Source of the DNA: Simkaniaceae bacterium
GTDB lineage: Bacteria > Chlamydiota > Chlamydiia > Chlamydiales > Simkaniaceae
DNA length: 64,000 bases
Direction of reading: 5' to 3'
Assembly: GCA_050248615.1 (NCBI GenBank)
Contig: JBFWSA010000001.1
Span: 13,100-77,099, forward strand
In this document: in pieces, positions 49,834 through 60,063 of the stretch
How the letters are laid out: each line of letters begins with the position of its first letter
Numbering within the stretch: position 1 is the stretch's first letter
Program-made: the position numbers and the translations under genes
Notes under the pieces: model-generated
The model's input: the letters and a program-made list of their open reading frames with translations, nothing else
The model's database searches: none
What the model was told of the DNA's origin: nothing

Positions 49834-51941
49834 AACAAGTCCTCATTAAACAAGGACAATCGATTGTAGAAGAGGTCCCCGCCCCCTGTGTTGAGAAAGG
49901 ACGGGTCCTTGTTCAAGTCGATCACTCCTGCATCTCTCCTGGGACCGAGCTCAGCAGCCTACAAGGTAGCGGCGAGCCTCTTTGGAAAAAAGCCCTAAAA
50001 AATCCCCAAAAAGTAAAAAAAGCCATTGAGATGGTAATGGCCCAGGGCTTCAAAAAAACGAAAAGCTTAGTCGAAGGGAAACTCTCCTCGGGAAATGTTA
50101 CCGGTTATTCCGCTGCAGGAACCATATTACAAGTCGGCAAGGGGATTACCGATCTCCGGATCGGAGACCGCGTTGCTTGTGCAGGTGCCCAGTGTGCCCA
50201 TCACGCCGAAGTGATCTCTGTCCCCCGTAATTTAACAGTTCCCATTCCCGAAGGGGTCTCCTTTGCCCATGCTAGTACCGTGACCCTGGGAGCGATTGCC
50301 ATGCAGGGTTTACGCCGCGCTGCCCCAACCCTCGGCGAAACTTTTGTGGTCATTGGACTCGGTTTTTTAGGACAACTCACAACACAATTTCTTAAATTGA
50401 ATGGGTGTCATGTTGTGGGGATCGATTTAGATGTAAACCGGACAGACCTTGCTGAAGAATTAGGAATGGATATCAGCTTTAACCGGACAGATGTAGAAGA
50501 AATTGGCCGCCTCACTCTCGGAGTTGGTGCAGATGGTGTCATTATTACAGCAGCCTCTTCCTCCCATGATCTTATTGCCGATGCCTTCCATCTATGCCGC
50601 CGGAAAGGGCGTGTTGTCCTTGTCGGGGATGTGGGTCTTAACCTCAAACGGGCCGATTTTTACCAAAAAGAGATCGATTTCTTTATCTCCACTTCGTATG
50701 GGCCAGGTCGTTATGACTCCCAGTATGAAGAGCAGGGAATAGACTATCCCCTTCCTTATGTCCGCTGGACAGAAAATCGCAACATGAGCGCTTATCTCGA
50801 CTTACTGGCTCAAGGGAAAGTCTTTATCGATGCTCTCATAGCCCAATCTTTTCCCATCGATCGCGCTCAGGAAGCTTACACCACCCTCCAAGGAGACGGC
50901 ATAAAACCCCTTGGCGTCCTCCTCTCTTACCCCAAACGGGAGATCTCTCATACAATCACCACCCCCAAGCTCCAGTATCGAGAGGGAACCCATATTGAAG
51001 TGGCCGTCATTGGAGCGGGAGGGTTTGCTAAGGGCATGCATCTTCCCAATTTAGAAAGCTTAAACGATCAGTTTCAAATCAAAGCTATCGTCTCCCGGTC
51101 GGGACATAATGCAGCAGCTACTGCCAAGCAATTTAATGCGCCGATTGCTTCCACAAACTATAGCGAGATTCTCTCAAACCCTGAAATCGATGCCGTGATC
51201 ATTACAACCCGCCACGATCTCCACCAACGTATGGCACTTGAGGCTCTGAAAGCAGGAAAGCATGTTCTTCTCGAAAAACCTCTTTGCCTGAGCTTCGAAG
51301 AATTAGAAGAAATCAAAACCTATTTCTTAGAAAGCAGCTCCACACCTCTTCTTCTGACAGGATTTAACCGCCGTTTTTCTCCCCCTATCCAAAAAATCAA
51401 GTCCCACTTAAAGGGACCTCTCGTCATTAACTACCGCATGAATGCAGGCTTTATTCCGCGCGATCATTGGATCCAACAAGAAGAGGGAGGAGGGCGTAAC
51501 ATTGGAGAAGCGTGTCATATCTATGATCTCTTCACCTATCTTACAGAAAGCAAAGTCACCCAAATCAACGCCCAAAGCATCCGTCCCCCATCGGATCAAT
51601 ATCACATCAATGATAACTTCATCGCTACCCTGCAATTCCAAGATGGATCTGTTGCCACGTTGACCTACACCTCCCTCGGCTCTCCAGACTATCCCAAAGA
51701 ACACATGGAAGTTTATGCCGATGGAAAAGTTTACGTCTTAGAAGACTACAAAAAAGTCACCCTATTTGGCTCGAAAGAGCCCGGCTACTCGAGCCAAATC
51801 TCCCAAAAGGGACAAAAAGAAGAACTCATTGCCTTTGCCCAAGCGATTCAAACCGGAGCAACTTGGCCGATCCCTCTTTGGCAACAGCTGCAAGCAACCG
51901 AAATCAGCCTCAAAGTCGAACAACAATTATGTGCGGAATAA
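49830..51941 (+). CDS. bi-domain oxidoreductase (MDR/Zn-ADH-like plus Gfo/Idh/MocA)
   Basis: SCISPGTE, GYSAAG, SYGPGRYD..YVRWTENRN, GAGGFA, EKP, GFNRRF, GEACH. Confidence 0.88.
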   Translation: MKQVLIKQGQSIVEEVPAPCVEKGRVLVQVDHSCISPGTELSSLQGSGEPLWKKALKNPQKVKKAIEMVMAQGFKKTKSLVEGKLSSGNVTGYSAAGTILQVGKGITDLRIGDRVACAGAQCAHHAEVISVPRNLTVPIPEGVSFAHASTVTLGAIAMQGLRRAAPTLGETFVVIGLGFLGQLTTQFLKLNGCHVVGIDLDVNRTDLAEELGMDISFNRTDVEEIGRLTLGVGADGVIITAASSSHDLIADAFHLCRRKGRVVLVGDVGLNLKRADFYQKEIDFFISTSYGPGRYDSQYEEQGIDYPLPYVRWTENRNMSAYLDLLAQGKVFIDALIAQSFPIDRAQEAYTTLQGDGIKPLGVLLSYPKREISHTITTPKLQYREGTHIEVAVIGAGGFAKGMHLPNLESLNDQFQIKAIVSRSGHNAAATAKQFNAPIASTNYSEILSNPEIDAVIITTRHDLHQRMALEALKAGKHVLLEKPLCLSFEELEEIKTYFLESSSTPLLLTGFNRRFSPPIQKIKSHLKGPLVINYRMNAGFIPRDHWIQQEEGGGRNIGEACHIYDLFTYLTESKVTQINAQSIRPPSDQYHINDNFIATLQFQDGSVATLTYTSLGSPDYPKEHMEVYADGKVYVLEDYKKVTLFGSKEPGYSSQISQKGQKEELIAFAQAIQTGATWPIPLWQQLQATEISLKVEQQLCAE

Positions 51942-53830
51942 ACGGCGCTTTAGCCTTTAAGAATTCTTCCTTTACCATCACTGAAGCCTATCTCAGGAAG
52001 ATGCGTGACACCATGATCCATCGAGGGCCAGATGGGGCAGGAACCTGGGTCTCCTCTGATGGACGCGTCGGCTTTGGTCACCGCCGCCTCTCCATTATTG
52101 ATCTATCCGAAAAAGCGGCTCAACCTATGGGTAATCCCGAAAAAACAGTCTGGATTACTTTTAATGGAGAGATTTATAACCACCAAGAACTCCGGAAAGA
52201 AATAGAAAGCCTCTCCCCCAAACCCTGGATGACAGATCATTCCGATACAGAAGTCATTCTAAGAGCCTTTGAACTTTGGGGGATCGATTGTATCCACCGC
52301 TTTCGTGGAATGTTTGCTATCGCTATCTGGGATACAAAAAAAAGAGAGCTTTACCTTGTACGTGATCGCATAGGAGTCAAACCGCTTTACTATAGTATCC
52401 ATAATGGAAGGCTTACCTTTGCCTCCGAAATCAAAGCATTACTTCAAGATCCTGATCAAACCCGCGCCGTGAATGAAGAAAGTCTTTATCACTACCTCTC
52501 ATTCCTGACCACTCCCGCTCCTAATACTCTATTCGAAGGGATCAAAAAACTTCCTGGTGGCACTTTTCTTCGCATTCATGAAGAAGGAACAATCAAAGAG
52601 CACCGCTACTGGGATGTTTGGGACCATACCACCCCTCTCTCTCACCTATCCGAACAAGAGATCTCAGAAAGGCTTCTGGCAGAACTCAAAACAGCAGTCC
52701 GTTACCGCGGCATCAGCGACGTGCCAGTAGGGATCTTTTTATCAGGGGGGATTGATTCGAGCACCAACGCAGCCCTCTTTTCTGCAGAAAGCTCTTCACA
52801 AATCAAAACCTTTTCTATCGGCTATAAAGGGAATTACGCTACTTACCAAAACGAGCTCCACTATGCTAAACAAATGGCTGATCTCATCCATGCGAAATAT
52901 CATGAGCGACAACTTACTCTAGATGACCTTTTGGATTTTCTTCCTCAAATGATCCACCTCCAAGATGAACCCATTGCCGATCCCGTCTGTATTCCCGTCT
53001 ACTACGTCTCCAAACTCGCTCGGGATCATGGAGTGACTGTTTGCCAAGTCGGTGAGGGGTCTGACGAACTCTTTTGGGGATACCCCTCTTGGAAAACAGC
53101 CTTGCGCTTGGAACAGCTCAACCGCATCCCCTTGATGCGTCCTTTAAAAAAACTCGGCATGGCCTATGGAAAAACGATTGGAAAAGAATTTTCAAAACAG
53201 TATGAACTCCTCCGCCGAGGGAGCTTAAACCAACCTGTTTTTTGGGGAGGGGCAGAAGCTTTTAATGAAGCAGAAAAACAGCGCCTCCTTTCTCCCTCGC
53301 TCCGGAAAAAGTTTGCCTCTACGACCTCTTGGGAAGTACTCAGCCCTATCTATAACCGCTTTAAAGAAAAAGCGTGGGAACAAAAACCCTTAAATTGGAT
53401 GTCCTACCTCGATCTCAATCTCCGTCTTCCCGAACTTCTCTTAATGCGTGTAGACAAAATGAGTATGGGGGTAAGTTTAGAAGGACGCGTCCCCTTCCTC
53501 GATCACAAATTCGTCGAACTTGCCATGAGTATTCCCCAAAAAATAAAGACAAAAAAAGGGAATCTCAAATCCATCCTGAAGAAATCTGTCCGCGGTGTCA
53601 TTCCCGATTCCCTCATTGATCGCCAAAAACAAGGGTTTGGTGTTCCCATTCATGAATGGTTCTTTGATCGCCTAGGAACAGAAATGAAAACCGAACTCAA
53701 ATCTTTTTGCGAAGAAACAGACCTTCTCGATTATTCCGCTATTGAAACCCATTTAAATAAAGGGGATGGTCCTCGAGCCTGGTATCTTTATAACCTCGCC
53801 CTCTGGTGGAAAACTTTTATAAAGGGATAA
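51929..53830 (+). CDS. AsnB-family glutamine amidotransferase, probably polysaccharide-amidating
   Basis: MCGI, HRGPD, HRRLSIID, FNGEIYN, LSGGIDSS, GEGSDELF, RVPFLD. Confidence 0.9.
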   Translation: MCGINGALAFKNSSFTITEAYLRKMRDTMIHRGPDGAGTWVSSDGRVGFGHRRLSIIDLSEKAAQPMGNPEKTVWITFNGEIYNHQELRKEIESLSPKPWMTDHSDTEVILRAFELWGIDCIHRFRGMFAIAIWDTKKRELYLVRDRIGVKPLYYSIHNGRLTFASEIKALLQDPDQTRAVNEESLYHYLSFLTTPAPNTLFEGIKKLPGGTFLRIHEEGTIKEHRYWDVWDHTTPLSHLSEQEISERLLAELKTAVRYRGISDVPVGIFLSGGIDSSTNAALFSAESSSQIKTFSIGYKGNYATYQNELHYAKQMADLIHAKYHERQLTLDDLLDFLPQMIHLQDEPIADPVCIPVYYVSKLARDHGVTVCQVGEGSDELFWGYPSWKTALRLEQLNRIPLMRPLKKLGMAYGKTIGKEFSKQYELLRRGSLNQPVFWGGAEAFNEAEKQRLLSPSLRKKFASTTSWEVLSPIYNRFKEKAWEQKPLNWMSYLDLNLRLPELLLMRVDKMSMGVSLEGRVPFLDHKFVELAMSIPQKIKTKKGNLKSILKKSVRGVIPDSLIDRQKQGFGVPIHEWFFDRLGTEMKTELKSFCEETDLLDYSAIETHLNKGDGPRAWYLYNLALWWKTFIKG

Positions 53831-53836
53831 ATCACT

Positions 53837-54682
53837 ATGGAAATAGAAAAACAAAATGCTAGTCAATTTTGGAGCAAAAGTCCAGCTGGATGGTCCCATG
53901 CTCCCAATGAATCCCCAGGTGAAAAAGAGTATTTCGAAAAGGTAAGACACCTGCGAAATACACACGAACTACGCACGTTACTAGATACCATTCCTTTTAA
54001 ATCTTTTGCTAAAAAGAAGGTACTCGAGCTGGGCTGTGGTCAAGGATTTGATGCTTATGAGTTTTGTCTGAATCAATGCGACTATACAGGAATCGATATC
54101 GCGACTGAAAATATCAAACGAGCAAAACAAAACCTTTCTTATTATGGCTTCAATCCAGAGATTCACCTAGGTGATGCTGAAAATCTCCCTTTTTCCGATC
54201 ATACATACGATATCGTTTACTCGAATGGAGTGCTTCATCATACGCCCAATATGAAGCAAAGCTTTAAAGAAGCCAATAGAGTGCTCAAAAAAGATGGAGA
54301 GTTTTATGTGATTCTCTATCATAAACATTCGATCTTTTATATTTTAACGGTGTTTCTTTTTGAATATATTCTTAAAGGAGGAATCTTTAAGTATTCTATG
54401 AAAAAACGGCGCTCTATGATTGAGTCCAGTATAAATTCAGAAGATGCTCCCTCGGTCCTTGTAAATGTTTATACAAAAAGAAAACTCAAAAAGCTTTTAA
54501 AACAGTCAGGTTTTCATGTCTATGACTTATGGATCCGTAAACTTGAGCTTGCAGACTTTCCCTGTCAACGACTAATGAAGCATATCTGGCCTAATCTTTC
54601 TCCCCGTTTTGTCCATTGGCTGGAAAAGCATTGGGGGTGGTATGTGGTTGGACATGCGATAAAAAAATCCCACTCATCATGA
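53837..54682 (+). CDS. class I SAM-dependent methyltransferase
   Basis: VLELGCGQG, GDAENLPF, YSNGVLHH. Confidence 0.88.
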   Translation: MEIEKQNASQFWSKSPAGWSHAPNESPGEKEYFEKVRHLRNTHELRTLLDTIPFKSFAKKKVLELGCGQGFDAYEFCLNQCDYTGIDIATENIKRAKQNLSYYGFNPEIHLGDAENLPFSDHTYDIVYSNGVLHHTPNMKQSFKEANRVLKKDGEFYVILYHKHSIFYILTVFLFEYILKGGIFKYSMKKRRSMIESSINSEDAPSVLVNVYTKRKLKKLLKQSGFHVYDLWIRKLELADFPCQRLMKHIWPNLSPRFVHWLEKHWGWYVVGHAIKKSHSS

Positions 54683-55995
54683 TAGAAAACTCCAGAGTAA
54701 AATTTTTTTATCCTCGACTCCTTCGATTACGCCAGTTGATTCAAACTGATTTCGTTCAAAAAGTGATGGCTGCATTAGCAAGTCGTGGGATTGTCTTAAT
54801 TTTAGGTTTTATCACATCGATTTTTACAGCTCGGTTACTAGGACCCGAAGGGCGAGGACTATTTGGAATAGCAACAGCGATTACAGCATTAGGAGTTCAG
54901 TTAGGACTCTTAGGATTTCATAGTGCCAATACTTTCCACGTCTCAAAAAATCCCTCTCTATTACCCACCATGATTACCAACTCTTTTGTAATCAGCATGG
55001 CAATGGGAGTTCTGCTGATGGGGCTGATTTTTTGTTTGCGCCACTTTATCCTGGGAAAAGATTCCTTATCTTTTTTTCTTTTATGTTTGTGCTTAGTAAA
55101 TATCCCACTGAATATTTGCTTTTTACTTTTTCAAGGCCTTTTAACTGGACTGCAAAAATTTAAAAACTACAATCGGAGCGAAGTTTTAAATAAGCTTATC
55201 AATACTCTTCTCATTTTAGGTTGCATCTTTACAGGAAATTTATCGCCTATTACGGCCACAGTTTTTCAAGGCGCTGCTTTCATGGTTTCTATAATCTACA
55301 TGTTAAAGGCTTTTTTTAAATCTCCAAAGGGGTTAACGAAACCTTCTTTATCACTACTTAAAGAGAATTTTTTTTACGGGGGAAAAGCTTATCTTGCTTG
55401 CTTTTTTGCTTGGGGGATTATGCGTCTCGATATTTTTATGCTCCAACGCTTTCAAAACCTTGAAGCCGTTGGTTATTTTTCGCTAGCCCTAACTCTAATT
55501 GATATTCTCCTCATGTTTTCATCTGTTGTAGCAGCGATTCTTCATCCTAAACTCTGTATTGAATCAGATCTTAAAAAAAAGTGGATCATGACAAAAAAAA
55601 CTACCCTGGGATCTAGTGTCGTGATTCTTTTAGCTGCATGCATTGTTATAGTTTGGAAAGCTCCTATTCAGTGGATGTTTGGTGCGGAATTTATTCCCTG
55701 TCATAGAACGCTTCTCTATCTTCTTCCTGGATTCTTTTTCCTTTCAATTCAAACAATTTTAGCTCAGTACATTATCTCCATTAAATTCCCCTGGAGTTTG
55801 GTAACAATTTGGGGAGTAGCTTTTGGTCTAAAATTTTTGATCAGTTTAATGCTTATTAATACATTAGGAATCAAAGGAATTGGAATTGCTTGGACAATCA
55901 CATATCTTGCCGTATTAATAAGTGTCGCAATCAACATTCAATTCATGCGTAGAAAAATTCTTCTTTCCGAACCGAATGTGCAAAAAAATAGCTAG
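54679..55995 (+). CDS. Wzx-like oligosaccharide flippase
   Basis: ARLLGPEGRG, many TM segments, RLDIFML, AVGYFSLA, FGAEF. Confidence 0.85.
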   Translation: MIENSRVKFFYPRLLRLRQLIQTDFVQKVMAALASRGIVLILGFITSIFTARLLGPEGRGLFGIATAITALGVQLGLLGFHSANTFHVSKNPSLLPTMITNSFVISMAMGVLLMGLIFCLRHFILGKDSLSFFLLCLCLVNIPLNICFLLFQGLLTGLQKFKNYNRSEVLNKLINTLLILGCIFTGNLSPITATVFQGAAFMVSIIYMLKAFFKSPKGLTKPSLSLLKENFFYGGKAYLACFFAWGIMRLDIFMLQRFQNLEAVGYFSLALTLIDILLMFSSVVAAILHPKLCIESDLKKKWIMTKKTTLGSSVVILLAACIVIVWKAPIQWMFGAEFIPCHRTLLYLLPGFFFLSIQTILAQYIISIKFPWSLVTIWGVAFGLKFLISLMLINTLGIKGIGIAWTITYLAVLISVAINIQFMRRKILLSEPNVQKNS

Positions 55996-56040
55996 CTAAG
56001 TATACTGATACACTACATTGATAAAAAAACTCTGAGTTAA

Positions 56041-57693
56041 ATGACCTCTTCCATAAACCCTATTATTGCAGTTACTTTGAACTTGAGAATTACAAATCGT
56101 CTTTCTGAAATCCAAAGATCTCTAGACATTTGTGACAAATACAAAATAAAAATCACTCTAATGGTTGATAGTATGGAGGATAGAAAAGAGATTCTCCAAC
56201 TGTTGAAGGAAGCTATCTTAAAAGGGCATGATGTCCAACCCCTTCTTTCCTCTCCAGCAAATGTTAAAAAAAGTAAAGAAACCCTAGAAAAGCTTTTAAA
56301 ACCTCTAAACCCCCACTACCAAGTCGTTGCATGTCGTGTGGAACATGCCGCTAACCAATCATATAAAGACATTTACCAAGCCCTGGTCTCAGAAGGAATT
56401 TACTGTGATTCTTCTGTCGATGGAAAGTTTCCTTTTCTCTATTCAATACATCAACCCTATTTTGCAAACCCCTATGCCCCTCAACTAAGAGCGCCTGCCT
56501 CAGAAAAAGAGATTGTCCAAATCCCTGTCTTTAATACTAGTTTAAAAAGCTATCTGAAGAAGCAAGCGAAAAAAAAAGGTAGGTCTCAGAAAAATGCATT
56601 TTTATCGAAAGGCGTTAGAAAACTTAGCAAATACTATTGCAAATTTGCTTTTCTTCGTAAAATGATTAATCCGATCATTCCCCAAAAATTCCTTTATTGT
56701 ATCTGCGATTATGAACCCGAAGAATTAGTCAAACATCAATACTTTGTGTTAGAAAATGATTTGTCTGATTTAGACACCTTAAAAGATTCTGCTACTTTCA
56801 TAACTCTTTCTCAAATGGCTGAAATGGCACAACAAGAACTTTCAGCAACCCTGCGCAAAGATACCATAGAAGAAGCTGAATACCAAGTTGAAGGCTCTTA
56901 CCAAGCTGTGATGGGTACAGATCGAAATCTTGCACAATCAGCCTATTTACAAAATTTAATCCCCTGGGACTGTGAATCGGTATTAGACTTTGGATGTGCT
57001 ACTGGTTATTGGACAGATCGGATCGCAAAAATCTACCCTTGGATTTCTAAGATCATTGGTATAGATTTTGGTATAGATTTTATCAAAAAAGCCAATGATC
57101 TTTATCAAAATGAGCGGATCTCTTTTGTTCAAGGAAATTTTGAAGAGCTCCCTTTTCCAGATAAGAGCTTTGATTGTGTGTATGCAGATGCTACCCTAGA
57201 ACATGCCTTTAATATTAATCACGCTCTTCAAGAAATTTATCGGGTGCTAAAAAAAAATGGATCTCTTATCGCGACGATTCCTAGCGATGCACGTAATCCT
57301 GAATGGTCAAACCCCTGCCATATTTGGAAAACTATTCCCGAAGAAACACGGAGACGACTTGAAGATAATGGATTTACCAATATCGAAATCGATGAGGTAA
57401 ATATCTATAAAACTTTTTCTATGACTCCTTACCCTCCAGCCAATAGTCTGATGATGTTTATTCGTGCTAGGAAGGAAACCCCACTTGCAAGAGTTCAGCA
57501 TGCAACTGAGTGGATCTCCAAAATAGATACCACCAAGCTTGTACCAACCGCAGGAACCTCTGATCCCGTAATAATTTTAAAAAAATTATTAAAACGTGAA
57601 GGCTACTGTGTTATCCAGAAAAAAAATACCATTCAACTTCTGCTTAATGAAAAAACACATACCTTTGAACCCCTAGACTTTCAAAATGGATAA
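56041..57693 (+). CDS. fusion of a degenerate polysaccharide-deacetylase-like domain and a class I methyltransferase
   Basis: N-terminal KITLMVD..GHDVQ..DSSV; C-terminal VLDFGCATG, LPFPDKSFD, EIYRVLK. Confidence 0.65.
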   Translation: MTSSINPIIAVTLNLRITNRLSEIQRSLDICDKYKIKITLMVDSMEDRKEILQLLKEAILKGHDVQPLLSSPANVKKSKETLEKLLKPLNPHYQVVACRVEHAANQSYKDIYQALVSEGIYCDSSVDGKFPFLYSIHQPYFANPYAPQLRAPASEKEIVQIPVFNTSLKSYLKKQAKKKGRSQKNAFLSKGVRKLSKYYCKFAFLRKMINPIIPQKFLYCICDYEPEELVKHQYFVLENDLSDLDTLKDSATFITLSQMAEMAQQELSATLRKDTIEEAEYQVEGSYQAVMGTDRNLAQSAYLQNLIPWDCESVLDFGCATGYWTDRIAKIYPWISKIIGIDFGIDFIKKANDLYQNERISFVQGNFEELPFPDKSFDCVYADATLEHAFNINHALQEIYRVLKKNGSLIATIPSDARNPEWSNPCHIWKTIPEETRRRLEDNGFTNIEIDEVNIYKTFSMTPYPPANSLMMFIRARKETPLARVQHATEWISKIDTTKLVPTAGTSDPVIILKKLLKREGYCVIQKKNTIQLLLNEKTHTFEPLDFQNG

Positions 57694-58474
57694 AATAGAT
57701 CAGAAGACTCTTCTTCAGAAGCTAACTGATCGCGACCGTTTATTTTATCATTATTCCAAACGGTGCGATGAAATCGACTCCGGCTATGAAGAGAAACTCG
57801 CTTGGTTTCATGATTATGCCCTTAATGCTTTTGCAAAATATATTCATCCACGCAATCACTCAGATAAAGTCTTAGATATCGGTTGCAGTCGTGGTTACTT
57901 GTTATCTGTTCTTTATGCCTGGGGGTTTAAGAACTTAACAGGTATCGACCTTTCTCCTAACGATATCTCACATGCAAAAGTCTTAGCACCTGAGATCTCC
58001 TTTGAAAAGGATGATGCTTTTGAATATCTTGCAAAACATCAAAATACTTTTGATATTATCATTTCGAAAGCTGTTTTAGAACATATTGAGAAAAAAAGAG
58101 TTTTTGAGTTTATTGAAAAATGCTATGAAGCTTTAACACCTAAAGGCATTCTCATTCTTGATGTTCCTAACATGGATTGGCTTTTTGCTTCCCATGAACG
58201 TTATATGGATTTCACTCATGAAGTGGGCTTTACTATTATTTCATTAAAACAGATAATGGGAGAAGTTTTTTCAAAGGTTGAAACGCATCCCATCGATTTT
58301 TATACCTTTCAAGATAAAAAAGTTCCTTTCTATAAAAAAGCTAAGCGCAATCTAACGCGCATTTTTGCACGTAAACTGTTAAACACTCTCTTTGAATGGG
58401 CAGATCCTCAAGGATGTAGTACATGCAATCCTATTTGGCAACGCAGTATCCTTGGGGTAGGATATAAGTTATGA
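57686..58474 (+). CDS. class I SAM-dependent methyltransferase
   Basis: VLDIGCSRG, GIDLS, AVLEH, VPN, DFTH. Confidence 0.85.
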   Translation: MDKIDQKTLLQKLTDRDRLFYHYSKRCDEIDSGYEEKLAWFHDYALNAFAKYIHPRNHSDKVLDIGCSRGYLLSVLYAWGFKNLTGIDLSPNDISHAKVLAPEISFEKDDAFEYLAKHQNTFDIIISKAVLEHIEKKRVFEFIEKCYEALTPKGILILDVPNMDWLFASHERYMDFTHEVGFTIISLKQIMGEVFSKVETHPIDFYTFQDKKVPFYKKAKRNLTRIFARKLLNTLFEWADPQGCSTCNPIWQRSILGVGYKL

Positions 58475-60063
58475 CAAATCAAACACTCGTCATTAAGGAA
58501 AGTGTTCTTTCTCAAGAGGATAAAGAAAATTTCATTCATATTGACTATTCTACTTTAAAAACGTGGTGTAAATCCGGAAAAATTTTTCAAAAATTTCGTA
58601 ATTATCACGATGTTATTTTTTATTTAGATACAAGTCCCCTATATCGACGTGCTGTTATTGTAGGACTGCTCGGCTATTTTCTCAAAAAAAAACGTGTAAC
58701 AATTAAATATGCTAACCAAATAGAAGTAAAAGTTACTCTCCTATTTCTTTTTAAACGCTTAAGCATTTTTGTAAGAGATCTTCTATCAAAACCATTTTTT
58801 TTAAATAATCTTAATAAAAAAATAGAACATCTGCATCAAAATATTCCTACCATGCAAACACTTCCTACAACAGGTTCTCCTTATTACATAAGAACTGATT
58901 TTCATTTTATGCTCCTAGCCGGAGGTTCTGTAGGACACATTGCAGGAGTTCTAAATAACTTAGAAAATGAAGGGAATGCACCCCCTTTACTCTTCAGTTG
59001 TACAAAGATCCCTACAGTGAAAAAAGGAATCCCCTGTCATCTGATTTTACCGGATGACAAATTTCTAGATTTTAATAATTTCCCCAACTTTGCTTTTTCT
59101 TCAACCTACACGAAAAAAGTGGGGCATTGGATGGAAAAACATCCCCCTCGATTTATCTATGAGCGCTTCAGTTGTGGTAGTATTTCTGGAGTGGAGCTCT
59201 CTCAAAAATATCATATTCCTCTCATATTAGAATATAATGGATCTGAAGTTTGGGTAAGCAAACATTGGGGCAAAAAATTTCATCACGAAAATATTTTCCT
59301 AGCAATTGAAGATCTCAACTTGCGGGGCGCACAACTGATTGTCGTTGTAAGTGCTCCCTTAAAAGAGCAATTAGTGGAGCGGGGAATAGATCCCCACAAA
59401 ATCCTGGTGAACCCCAATGGAGTGGATCCCCAAAAATACAGCCCTGAGATTGATGGATCTCCTAAAAGAGAAGAGCTAAAAGTAAAAGATAAAATCGTGA
59501 TTGGATTTATCGGCACTTTTGGGAAATGGCATGGGGCTGAGGTGCTCACGGAGTGTTTTGGGAAACTCTTAGACGAGTATAGAGAAAAGATCCACCTCCT
59601 CATGATTGGAGATGGGATCATGATGTCAGAGGTTACTCAGAAGATTCATGATTACCAGATGGAGAGCTATGTGACCTTGATGGGGATGATCCCTCAATCA
59701 GAGGCACCCGAGTATTTAGCTGCCTGCGATATTTTAGCCTCTCCCCATGTTCCCAATAGCGATGGCTCCAAGTTTTTTGGCTCTCCGACAAAGCTATTCG
59801 AATACATGGCGATGGGGAAAGGGATTGTTGCTTCAGATCTCGATCAAATTGGAGAAGTCCTTGAGCATAAGAAAACAGCTTACCTTGTCAAGCCAGGTGA
59901 TCAAGAGGCTTTAGTCCAGGGACTCAAAGTGCTAATCGAGGATCCCGACTTGCGCCAAACTTTGGGGATAAACGCCCGAGAAGAAGTCGTTAAAAATTAC
60001 ACCTGGAAACAACATACCCATAAAATCCTAGAAAAACTCAAAGAGCTATGTCCCTCCGCCTGA
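58471..60063 (+). CDS. GT4-family glycosyltransferase
   Basis: GGSVGH, LEYNGSE, PNGVD, GFIGTF..WHG, SPTKLFEYMAMG. Confidence 0.9.
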   Translation: MTNQTLVIKESVLSQEDKENFIHIDYSTLKTWCKSGKIFQKFRNYHDVIFYLDTSPLYRRAVIVGLLGYFLKKKRVTIKYANQIEVKVTLLFLFKRLSIFVRDLLSKPFFLNNLNKKIEHLHQNIPTMQTLPTTGSPYYIRTDFHFMLLAGGSVGHIAGVLNNLENEGNAPPLLFSCTKIPTVKKGIPCHLILPDDKFLDFNNFPNFAFSSTYTKKVGHWMEKHPPRFIYERFSCGSISGVELSQKYHIPLILEYNGSEVWVSKHWGKKFHHENIFLAIEDLNLRGAQLIVVVSAPLKEQLVERGIDPHKILVNPNGVDPQKYSPEIDGSPKREELKVKDKIVIGFIGTFGKWHGAEVLTECFGKLLDEYREKIHLLMIGDGIMMSEVTQKIHDYQMESYVTLMGMIPQSEAPEYLAACDILASPHVPNSDGSKFFGSPTKLFEYMAMGKGIVASDLDQIGEVLEHKKTAYLVKPGDQEALVQGLKVLIEDPDLRQTLGINAREEVVKNYTWKQHTHKILEKLKELCPSA

